Shown piece by piece: positions 12,148 to 23,611 of a DNA stretch of 64,000 nucleotides; position 1 is the first letter of the stretch; each line of letters starts with the position of its first letter. The notes beneath the pieces are model-generated. The model saw only the letters and a list, made by a program, of their open reading frames with translations. It ran no database searches and had not been told where the DNA came from. The translations under genes were made by a program, and so were the position numbers. The stretch is from Azolla caroliniana. Taxonomy: Eukaryota; Plantae; Polypodiophyta. The stretch covers positions 17,050,001 through 17,114,000 of the forward strand of contig JBHGNT010000013.1 of the NCBI GenBank assembly GCA_043228905.1, given 5' to 3'.

Positions 12148-12871
12148 GTAAAACACCATGATGAGAACATAATGTTCATATATCACTAATTTCCCCCTCT
12201 GTTCTCCACGTGATTATCATTATTTAACAATTATGTACATATGGCATATTTCTTGCATGACACTATAAAATTGTTGTATATTGTTTGTTGCATGTTTTAT
12301 TTGTTGTCTTCTCAGCCCCTATAATGAGTTCGATGGAAGGTGTAGCTCTAATGTATATGTGTATAGCAATAACTGCAATTGCTAATTGTTACATTATGCA
12401 CCTGTTACTTTGGCCTTATTATCATTGCAACATAATCTCAAAATGGTCTTTGTTAACTACATCTCGCACAATTACTCCTTTAAATTGATTCAAATGGTAG
12501 CATGCCATAAAATGATGTATTTTATCTAGAGGTTTCTTCACATTGTAACACAATTGATACAAGAACAACCCCAACGAAAAATGATGGAAGGTATTTTTCA
12601 ATACAACTACATATATTAGGCATTATATCCTTGGTATAATATTAACATGAAAATAATATAATTTCGTGTTTTGGTTCAGAAAGGATCCATCCAATGCTAG
12701 TCTCGAACTACAAGAGTAGGACCTTATCTTATGAGGCCAATGTCCTTGTAAATATATTCAGTTCCGAAAATTACGTTATTTTTTAAGTTGATTTTAGTTT
12801 GTCTTTTTATGCAGCCACATAAAAAACCATGTTGAATGAAACTCTCATTGTTTGTGTAGTTTATTAGAAAC

Positions 12872-15800
12872 TTATAATCTGCTTCTTTTGTTTTGTGCTT
12901 CAATAACACGTGATCTTAAGTCTTTTCTGAGCACTTTATTGGTTGCTGTACGTGGGAGTTCAGAAGCAATGATCACAGAGCTTACCTATAAGATACAGAA
13001 TCAAAAGCTTAGAAAATGTGGAAAAAACTTTTTTTTACTGATGTACAAAATAGGTTACATTGGAATTGAGAGGCTATGTATGTCTATGATCACTATCATT
13101 GAACTGTTTTGTTACCTTGAAAAGAGGATTGAGCTGAGATTGCAATCCTTTTGTAAACTCCGAAGATAAGTTCAGCTTTTCAGCATCACCATTATCAAGG
13201 ACAGCGAAGATCACTAATTCATCTGGTCCACCACCATATGGTGGAACTGCAACAGCAGCTGTCTCAATGATATGGTTATTCACTTGATTGCAAACCCTCT
13301 CAATCTCCACAGCACTAACCTGCACACACACATACACAAAGCTAGATGTCTTTTTTGGGGTCAGGGAAACGAAATTAAACAGACTCATTGATCTCTTACT
13401 TAAACTAGATCATTGTGAATGATACTACATCAATCCATTAACCATTTTCTGACTTTAACATTTGAACTTGTCCTTGTAACTACACATCAGTGTATATATT
13501 TATTCTATCTGGAGTATTCTATGGGTACACATGCAGAACGATGAATTGGGGTGCCCAATTCATCTTATTCACACAACCCTAATCATTTATTTCTTCAGTT
13601 ATCATGCTGATTTCGGCAGGTGCACTGGTGGTTCTATTCGCCCAAAAAACCATGAAATAAAATTTAGGAATGAGAAACCTTAATGCCTCCAAGATTCATA
13701 GTATCATCAGCTCGACCATGTGATTTATAAAATCCACCAACAGTTCGTTCAAAAACATCCCCATGTCTCCTCAATATCTATACACAGAAACACAGTTTTA
13801 ATTCCCCATGTCAGCTCAGTGCTTTGTTATTAGAAATCAAAGAACTGTTTTTCTAACCAGTAAATTTTGTTTGTACACGTACCACTCCTTCATGGATAGG
13901 CATCCCACTATAATATATCTTGTTGTGATCCGCATTTAGCAATTTATGTGATGCTCCTAGCATTGGCTTCAAGGCAATCTCTCCAATACATGGTTCCTCA
14001 TCAGCCTTGTTGGAGGAAAAATAAGCTTAAAAAAATATACCCTCTCTCTCAAACCTTCAAAAAGAATCATTCAGTATTTGATTTCCTAGTTTCATTGATA
14101 TCTGCATCGAAACTATAATTATTGCGACATGTCTGTATTAATTATCGTGATTAAAACCTTCATTTTCCATAACATCTGCATTTGCTTGTTCAAGATTCAG
14201 GAATGTGTTTTCTAAATTTCTATGTGGCCAAGTCATGAATTTGTTGTAAATCTGGCTATTACTGAACCCCGATACTCAAGAAAATTGTCTACTGAGACAA
14301 TAATCATCGAAATAGAAATAAATGGAAGAAGGTGGAAATTTTACATATGGTTGTCCTTGTTCATTGAGGATAACAAAAGAAGTTGTCATGCTGGGGGTGC
14401 TGAAGTGAGCAAAAGCTTGTGGCTGCAAGGATGATCCCAGAAGAAAGGCTGATGCAAGCTCAGTCCCCCCACATGCTTCTAGTATTGGTTTATATGATGC
14501 CCGAGCACTAAGCCATAAGTCATCATCAACACTGGATGCTTCACCTGTAGAGCAGAAGGTTCTAAACCCACATGAAAAGAAGGAATATCATCATTCTTGT
14601 ACGATAACCATTTATATGCATATGTGTGGTAGTCTCAGTAAATGAAAACAATACTTCAGTTACTGAAATCTATCAATGAACAATACACCCTAGGAAACAT
14701 ATTAATATTCAGTCTTGAGCATAAAAAAAACTGACACAAAATACTCCATATTGAGAACTTATCACCTTATTGTTGACCAATCAAGCCCATCCATGCAGCT
14801 ACTTTTCCTCCAAGTCTTCACAATCGTTGGCACGGTACCTAATATCGTAACTTGTGCATCCTGATAAAGGGAACACCATGATCAATCAAGACAAATCAAT
14901 GAATCTGTTACTCTAATCCTAGTTCCATCAATCTAATGGCTGCTGTCTGGGTTTAAGATTTAGGATTCAGCATGCCTGTACAAATTCCCCAAATCCTCGA
15001 TGCAGTGGTGACCCATTATAAAGACCAATTGTTGCTCCATTAAGAAAGCTTGCATACAGCACCATTGGCCCAACCATCCATCCGAGGTTTGTCGGCCAAA
15101 CAAACACATCACCAACTTTGACATCCATGTGTGCCCACGACTCTGCTCCTAGCCTTATAGGCTCTAGATGTGAATAAGGTATGGCCTTTGGTTCCCCTTC
15201 ATAAAGTGCAAAGGCTGATTTAATTCCAAACTTTATTCAAAAAACATCCTATCACAATAACTGCTATAACAATCACCTGAAGTTCCTGATGAAAACAAGA
15301 TGTTTGTATGTGATTCTATCTGCTGTGGCACAGCCTCATATTTAAACGATCTAATAAAAAACCATCCTACTCTCAGCATATTCTATGATATTACAATGTA
15401 TCTCAGACAACTCCATAGACGAATTATAATGCAGATTAACATTTTCCTGCACACAAATTATGAAGCAGATTCCCTTTCCTATACCATTGTGTAACAGGCA
15501 AATAGGATCTTGTATCAAATGTATGAAACAGACCCAGAAAACATCTCGCAGATTTGCAAAACAAAATAAAAAATGTCAATTTGTTTTAGGAAAGATTGAA
15601 TACCCAATTGATAACAAACTTAGTGGAGCAAAATGCTTGCATGCAGCCATGAAAAAACGTCATAAATAAACCATAGATTGAATTACACCAATCGAGTAAC
15701 CCACACGACAAGATTGCTTGAAGACATCAGCCTGCAGAGACTACAATTTTTTGGCTCCTTTGTATGCATAAAGAAGACAGAGCTGTGGGAAACCACTCGC

Positions 15801-18359
15801 AATAAATGTGGAGTAACAAAGTGAAAATGCATAACTTTGTCAACCCCATACAGAAAATAAACACATGGAGGTTCAATTGCAAGCATCCACAAAAGGTACT
15901 CCAATACCCGAGAAAGCCCATCACTCAGCATAGTGCCCTTTGAAAACTCCAGTCCAGCTTATCATACTCCTCAAGATCCAAAAGCGAAGTCGAAAAAAGA
16001 TTATGGGAAACATGGGCATTATAAAATGAGTGGTGGCCCTGATACATGTGAATCATATGCTGTATTCATAATCTTAAGACATTGTAACAAGGTTGGCGAT
16101 GCCCCTTTAGTACTATAATGATGTTTTTCAAGAAACAAAATCAGACCAGGAGTGTGCATTTTACAGATATTGACTCACATATCCAGTACGAAACAAGCAA
16201 TGAGTCTTTAATCAATTGCTAGTATATTAACCACATTAAAATTATCATATTCAGAATTTATTAACATAAAACCATCATGCAAACCACATGAAAAAATTAT
16301 GCTAGAGAGGTCATGAAAAGTAGATGTACCCAGATTCATTTCCTGCCAAATTTAAAAAAGTTCTCCATGAGATATCGCCACCCCTGAGTGTCATCGTGAG
16401 ACTGTTTTCATTTGCAGGCAAAACAATAGCCATAGGAGACTGGGCTTCAAGTACTCGGCTATAAGAGGAAATTTGTGAATGGGTATTTTCATTTTATTGC
16501 TGGAAAATAACCCAAAAAAACATTTCTTAGCATAAAAAAAATGATCCTTTTATTTTTATACCTGTAGAGTGGAATCGTTTTCCCACCTCTGAAAATGACA
16601 TCCTAGAAAATAAATATAAAAGAAGCCAATGTCATATGTTACCAGACATGTTTTATTACCTTATCAAACAGTGTATAGAAACAAATTTCCATATTACCTG
16701 AGTGAAGATAGCTTTGGCATTTGATACTCGTAGGCGCATAGCTATCTCTGGAGGAGCAAAGCTGTCAGCAATACTGGCTACAACATAGCCAGCCAAAATG
16801 ATTGCCAAATATATAATAACACTGTTACAGTGCATTGGCATGGCTATTGCAAAAACATCTCCCTTCTGAAATCCTAGTGTATCAAGTGCTGTAGCGACCC
16901 GACTACACATGCAATCGATTCAATTAGAAGAAACTTGATATGACTTTATGAATTGAAACAGTCTTTTGTCCAATGAGATGGAAAAGTGAAATAATGAGAT
17001 TATTATTAACTTGACAATTGTACGGAGTTCCCCATAGGTCATGCTATATAAGGATGTCTGGCCTTCATTCCTCCATATGATTGCTCTACTCAAATCTGTC
17101 TTCCCTCTGCTTGGCTTGGGCAAGAGACAGCATTCTGCAGCATTTATAACTGCTTCTGGAAGCCACGTGCCACCTGGCCGTAATTTGTTGGGAGCACGAA
17201 ATACACACTCATATGGAGCATGAAAATGAACGCTGATCTCATTGAGCACAAGAGGCCAATAAACCTGTAAAGCAGAAAGAGACTATTAATCCATCAAAAT
17301 ACATTAGCATATGCGTGCACACTTTTTTTTCGTTTTTCGTCATGCCAATAAATAATATCTGGAAATGAAACTCTTGTCCAGACAATGAATAAGAACATGA
17401 TAAGTGTTAAAAGCTCCTAAAAGATTAGCACTGAAGAAAGAGGATATGCAACGTCGAGAGCATGAATGGACACAGATCAAGTGTTAACAAAATCTTAATT
17501 TTAGTAAAACCAGAACTTCACATCATCTGAAGTATCTAATACGACATTCAATGTGCATAGCTATCAAGCATTCAGAGATCAAGAAGAACCTATGTCCCTC
17601 AGAAGAATTTGTGCCTAACACATGAAAGAATGAACTGATATAAGAAAACCAGGCAAGAAATAGAGCAAACCAAAAAACTCACTTCCGGATGGTCCGCTGA
17701 GAATTTAAGAAAAGCATTGAAGCTCTCAATAGGATTACTGTAGGATATACCTAACAGCTCTTTACCCTTGGCCTCCATCAGCTTACCCAGATTCGTTTCA
17801 TTTGCTATCTCCCTGATCCATGACAGCAATGAATTCAATCCCAAAAGGTCAGATTAGTTTGCATGCTTTTTTTGTGGGGGGGGGGAATCAAATACACATC
17901 CCTGGATGAAGCATTCTCATATTTCGAGTTCAATGTACAAATCTCTCTTTTAAAACCATTACCAAAGCAAAGAGGAGGGGATCCATTCTAAATTTCTATC
18001 CAAGTATCTAATTTTGCCATCACTTGGGAAAGGTATAGGGGAGAGGTAACTTACATGGTAGGAATCCAAGCAAGAGGAGGGCCCATGTTCTTGGCATCCC
18101 AATTCTTGTAGATGGAGCAATACATCAGCCTGTGGAGAGAGTGAGGATGAGTAGGTTTGAGGAGCTCCGTAGAGACCCTGCTCCATATCGAAGGGGGGGA
18201 GGTGCCGCTCCGCGAGACGGCTTCCGCGAGGCCTTCGGCGAAAGCATGGGCTTCCGATGGTGAGATGCCAGCAGAAAGGAGGTGATGGGGGGTGAGCTGG
18301 TGGAGTGAAGGGTACTGTTGGTCTGCTTCAGAGGGGTGAGGGGTGAGGGGTGAGGCCAT
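12872..18359 (-). CDS. AAE17/18: Peroxisomal acyl-activating enzyme, AAE17/AAE18 clade (AMP-binding superfamily), 14 exons
   Basis: Exons read by hand (approximate): 18359-18055, 17813-17683, 17264-17011, 16902-16698, 16602-16562, 16458-16330, 15350-15277, 15196-14976, 14860-14766, 14561-14345, 14005-13883, 13777-13679, 13319-13116, 12985-12872. Motifs include [44 protein letters not shown] and LPRTATNKV, with C-terminal PTS1 -SRL*. Confidence 0.93.
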
Positions 18360-18626
18360 TGCAAAGAGTTTGGGTTTGAGTCGCGAAACCGGTACACAAA
18401 AAACCTGTTTGTGTGTCAGGGGACTCCAAAAGAAAAAGAAAAGAAAAGACTGAATGAAGAAGAAGAAGAAAGAGCACGTATTGATGATACATATATCGCA
18501 TAAAAACGTGATAAATGTGTTCGTGCAAAGCATTCAAACGTTTGAATACGTTTGATTAAAACGAACGCGTTTGAAAAGAAGAAAAAGAAGAAGAAGAAGA
18601 AGGAAAAACGCGTGCTCCTTTGAACT

Positions 18627-18667
18627 TTCTTCTTCTTCTTCTTCTTCTTCTTCTTCTTCTTCTTCTT
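18627..18667. repeat. (CTT)n microsatellite upstream of AAE17/18
   Basis: About 13 CTT units, next to (GAA)n runs at ~18455-18470 and ~18575-18600. Confidence 0.9.
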
Positions 18668-18734
18668 TTCTTTCATTTTTTTCACTTTTTATTATATCAT
18701 TTTTTTTCATAGATTGATTGTCATGCTTCTGCTG

Positions 18735-19005
18735 TCTAATGTTCTTGGGTTCAATTCTCGATTTTCTCGTATCAATGTCTCTTTTGTCTTGTTTTTTGGT
18801 TCTTTATTAATAGAAATTAGCTCAACCTAGTTGTAAAGTTGTCTTGCTACTATTATTGCCTATGTCTTGGGGTTCAATTCCCAATTTTCTCATATCCTCT
18901 CATTAGTGTCGTGTCCGTGGCAAAAATTTATGTTGAAGTGTCATGTTCCTTTTTTTCTTTCTTTCTTTGTTATTAGGAATTAGCTCACCCTACTGGTAAA
19001 TTGTT
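18735..19005 (+). repeat. Degenerate tandem tRNA-derived SINE-like units
   Basis: A-box-like TAGCTCAACCTAG (~18818) and TAGCTCACCCTAC (~18981); B-box-like GGTTCAATTCT (~18748) and GGTTCAATTCC (~18871), each followed by ATTTTCTC. Confidence 0.35.
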
Positions 19006-19859
19006 TTTTTTTTCCCAAAAAAAAAACTACTTCCATTAGTTAAGGCAATGTACAAGGGATAATTTACAACTCATATCTTACAAGCCCTCTTGCATGTCAA
19101 AAGAAAATAATATGTGTAGATGAAACAACAAAAGAACAACTCCAAAACACCACAACATTCGATGTGCATAGCATTACCCGAACGCATACTCTACAAAACA
19201 GAATTCAGCATTCTAATGGCAATTTGTTATGCTACTAGTGCCCTATGTCATGTTTTCTTCATATTCTCGAATATACATTTTATGGGTTTTTGAACGTTTG
19301 ATTATAATTTATACATGACATATTTTGATTCAATCTCTACAGTTCATACTCTTCTTTTTTTTGTAAACTTCTAAAGTGAGGAGGGTAGAGATGTCTTGAT
19401 TCTTAAGAAGCATCCCCCAAAGGTATGCATCTAAAGATTCTAAATTTGATTCTTTGTGGCATCAAACTTTCCAACCTTCGAGCTCCCTCCCTCTAGAGTC
19501 GTGTAGTCCCCTTAGGGGCTTCTTGTGTGTAATGAGCCAATCGTTGATGTGTGCGACAACATGGCAATCGTCTTCAAGTGATTAAGCTCCCATGTCATCT
19601 AAACCATTTCCCTTTCATCAAATATTGATTAATGTACTACTAGTCTTCTTCTCTTATGCATGGTTTTGCTTAACTCCAAGCGAACCTTGTTGACTCTTCC
19701 TAAGTTTATTGTTCTTAACACATTGTAGAAGAACTTATCACTCAGATACCACGAGTTGGAGTTAGACAACCTAAAGTTTAGCCTAATCTCTACACCACAA
19801 GTACAAAAAAAGTCAATCAATGGTAAGATTAGGCTAATGATGTACAATGTATGGCAAAT

Positions 19860-20592
19860 TTTTGTTTCACAATGTTAGGTATGGTAGCCTCACTATTAAC
19901 ATTGGACGCAAACCACAAAGAAAACGTTTCTCTCATCCGGTTGGGTAATTCGCATCAAAAAATGTTTCAAAAGATGAGGCGTGGAAGATCTCTTAGAGTT
20001 TTCAAGTGATGCTCGGAAATATGTAGTTATTGAGGATAGATTAATGGAACCCCTAAGGAAGAAGTGGAAAGATGTTGAAAGGACAAATTTAGAATATTAC
20101 ATTGCAAACATCAATATTGAATGTTAGGTTCAATATAAGGCAAGAAGGCATATTGATTGTATGCAACCTTACCTCATTACTAACATGAGTATTAACTCTC
20201 ATAGAGCCCGAATACTCCTTCACAGTTGATCACACAACCTAGGTATTGAAATTGCTTTATGGCATCAAAATTGGACAAATTTAAAGGCACGTAAGGTATG
20301 CAAGGAAGGGCTAGTCCAAGGATTAATATCACTTGCTTTTACATGCATATAGTGCAATTCGTGAAAGCTATGATGATATGTTAAGAGGGACCGATGACTT
20401 GAATGTCATATTAAAGAGAACACCTAAAAGGTTGAGCCCATGTGTGTGTGCCTTATTCACACATCGAGACTTGGTGCTTTGAAGTATGAATATCCCTTCT
20501 TAGGAAGAAGACACGCATCGAGAAAACTTTTGTACTTAGGTCCCATGGGTCAATATTAGCCTCCATCTATCTATATATCAAACTATCTATCT
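19860..20592 (+). mobile_element. 5'-truncated, degenerate RTE-X-like LINE (3' end)
   Basis: Decayed C-terminal zinc-finger region (SHNLGIE..KVCKEGLV..YH..AIRE.Y), 3' UTR palindrome and (CTAT)n tail. Similar to 21860-21994 plus 45869-46160. Confidence 0.75.
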
Positions 20593-21603
20593 CCAGACTC
20601 CCCCCACAAAGATGACAAGCATAAAAAAGATCAAACCTTTGTGGAGCGTTTACACTAGGATGGTTCAATTAACCTCTTTTCCCTTGTGTCTCATAAATGG
20701 AAAGAAACCTTAGAATATAAATAATAGTGCCACTTTACACTCACTTTTGTGAGTGGTGTAAATAATAGTGCATTTGTGTAAAATTTAAAGGCGTACTGTG
20801 TACATGTATCTTTGGTTAAAATGTCCACCAAACTCAAAGTCACATATATACATGAGACTATATATGAATACATATGAAAGAATCTCCCTTAATATGGGGG
20901 TTGGAATTGGGAACAAAATGAACAAAGACAATGATATTCTCTCAAACATTCTTAACTCTTCTACATCTATCAAATTTGAAAATTAGTAGTGTGATAAGGT
21001 ACCAGTAAATCTATAAAAGCACTATATCAATCATTATATACCAAAAAGAAGTCCCATGATACTAGGAAAATGGGCCAACATAATATAGTGTTATATTCGT
21101 CAACAATAATCATCCAATGTTTTAGTATCCATCATGTACCACATCTCTCACATATCATGAGCTATGTTACTTGGTAGGTGTGGTTAATAGTAAAGGTGCC
21201 TCCATCCTTTAAAGGAAATAAGAAAAAATGAAAATGACTAATGGATATTACTATTTTAATTTCTATGTTTACTTTCAACTATCCTTTGCTAAAACAGCAC
21301 TGAATAAAACTTTGTTAAGTCACATCAGTCACATCATTGATGTCAATTATTAGCAAAGTGAAATGTGTGCAAATAAATACGAGTAAATTGAGAAGGAGAG
21401 AAAAATAAAGAAAGTAATAGAGCATGCATGGAATCCGTGAAGGTATGAAACAATAAAAATCAACACATCAAATCAATGAGAGAGAGTCTGTGTGTGTAGG
21501 CTGGTGAGTGGGTGTGAGAGAGCTTTCTTAGTATCTAGAAATGAACCGAAATACCCTAATGTTTACAAAATTCCCAAAATACCCATTATATTTCCAAAAT
21601 CGC

Positions 21604-21609
21604 TCTCTT

Positions 21610-21651
<42 letters not shown>

Positions 21652-21739
21652 CATAATATTAATATGTATGTATGTAGCTTGAGATTCTAATAATAGGATT
21701 GTATTCAACCTTACCACATTATTAGCTTCAGTATTAGAA

Positions 21740-21770
<31 letters not shown>

Positions 21771-21859
21771 GTATATATATATATATACATAATATGTATG
21801 TATGTATATTGATTGATTATATTCAACCTTACCACATTATTAGCTTGAGTATTAGAATA
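21604..21859. repeat. Tandem duplication of a ~120-135 bp (CT)n(AT)n-containing unit
   Basis: Two copies of (CT)n(AT)n-CATAAT..ATGTATGTATGTA..ATTCAACCTTACCACATTATTAGCTT(C/G)AGTATTAGAAT at 21604-21740 and 21741-21859. Confidence 0.85.
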
Positions 21860-21994
21860 TTAAATTGCAAACATCTGTCCTGAATGTTTGGTTCTATATA
21901 AGGCAAACATTCGATCACACAACCTAGGTATTGCAGTTGCATTATGGCTCAAAATCAACCAAATGTAAATGCATGTAAGGTATGCAAGGAACGG
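21860..21994 (+). mobile_element. Left part of a truncated RTE-X LINE split by nest 1
   Basis: Aligns to ~20095-20310 (GATCACACAACCTAGGTATTG...GTAAGGTATGCAAGGA) and ends in the TSD ACGG. Confidence 0.8.
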
Positions 21995-23567
21995 TCTCGT
22001 GATGTGGCGTGCTCGAGTGTGGGAAAAACCGGCGAAAGGGGGATCAAAATGTGCATGTGCAATGTGTGTCCACACAAAGGCAATTAATTGTGCACATGCA
22101 AAAGAAAAGGTAAAAGAAAGGTGGAAAGAAGGTATAGAAGCTTGTGTAAAAAGTAAGAGAGAGGAGGGATAAAAAGTATAGAGGAGACACGTTATGAATT
22201 TGTAGATATAGAATTATATATTATATAAGAGAGAGGTAATGGACTACTTGATAGTCACATTAACTTCTAGCTAAAAGGTGCACGGTTCAAATTTGGTCTT
22301 ACAATGTAGCGCAATTTAAGGAATTTTATTCCTTTTGCATTGAAGACAAAATTGGCGACTCCCCTTCCTTTTTTCCTATAAAAGGAGGTCAATGGGGGCT
22401 CATTTGGGAGGACATTTTAGGAGGAGGAGACTATCGCCATTTTTCCTTCGGAGCTCTTCATCTTCATCTTCACCATTTCTCTTCATCTTATACCCCTTCA
22501 TCCCCTCATCGCCATGTGCTCGTCTTCTTTGCGTTTGCACTCAAAGTGCTTATGAGCCCAAGCTTCGTTGGTTCGACATTGGTTCGCCCCCGTTCGTCGT
22601 TGCGAGCCCGTGTGCTCCCCTCCCCGTTTCGGTGGTCGTGGTTCATTGGGGTCGGCCTTTTGGTAGTGCTCGTTTGTTCGTTTTCTTTGTGTTTGTGCTC
22701 CGTGTTCGGATTTGCTTTTGTCTCGAAGGGCATTTAGTATTTATGTTTTGTTGAGCTTGTGGTTAACTAGAAGTTGCCACATTGTAATCAAACCCTATTT
22801 TGTAAAGGGCCCTCTTGTGTTGGAATCGAACACATATTTATTTATTTAGCCAATATCATTCGTGTTTTTTTTTTTCTTTGTTCTCATCCCCTTGTACGTT
22901 CGACCGTCTTGTGACGAGGGAGCGTTTCGGGCGTGCCCATGCACCTCTCCTCCTCATAAAGGCGTACAAGCATTTTGTGCGTGTGTTTGTGTCTTCCTTG
23001 TACGTTCGACCGTCTTGTGACGAGGGAGCGTTTCGGGCGTGTCCATGCACCTCTGCTCCTCATAAAGACGTACGAGCATTTGTGCGTGTGTTTGTGTCTT
23101 CCTTGTACGTTCGGTCGTCTTGTGACAAGGGAGCGTTCGGGCTTGCCCATGCACCTTTCCTCCTCATAAAGGCGTATGAGCATTTGTGCGTGTGTTTTGT
23201 GTCTTCCTTGTACGCCGTCTTGTGACAAGGGAGCGTTCGGGCGTGCCCATGCACCTCTCCTCCTCATAAAGACGTTCGTGCATTCGTGTTTGTGTTATCG
23301 TTCCATTGTGCGTTCATCTTGCGTGCTCATCTTTGCTTGTACTCGTTTGATCACTTGGCTTGTGCGGCGATCTCGAAAACTCGACGAGTTGTGATCAACG
23401 AAAGCCACTAGCCCCACAAAGGGGGCAACGAGCCCTTGCTCGAGGAGGGGTCGGGAAGTAGTATTGTCGTAAAGCAAACCTCGGGTCTTCTCTATCCCTT
23501 CATACTCCCTAGTCCAAGAACCCCGTGGTCCCGCCCAAGTAACACACACGCGTGAAATTTTGCGACA
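21995..23567 (+). mobile_element. 5' LTR (~1.57 kb) of Gypsy element A
   Basis: Starts T(C)TCGTGATGTGG (TG decayed) and ends GCGACA; TATA-like CCTATAAAAGG at ~22376; collinear with the solo LTR at 49486-51232. Confidence 0.9.
22891..23280 (+). repeat. ~105-bp tandem array (~3.7 units) inside LTR A
   Basis: CTTGTACG unit starts at 22891, 22997, 23102 and 23207. Confidence 0.92.
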
Positions 23568-23571
23568 TAAT

Positions 23572-23589
23572 TGGTGAACCTGACGTGAA
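23572..23589 (+). promoter_or_regulatory. tRNA-Trp primer binding site of element A
   Basis: TGGTGAACCTGACGTGAA, one mismatch to the complement of the plant tRNA-Trp 3' end (..TTCACGTCGGGTTCACCA, from recall). Confidence 0.8.
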
Positions 23590-23611
23590 AGGGCGACAAG
23601 GGAGATCCAAG

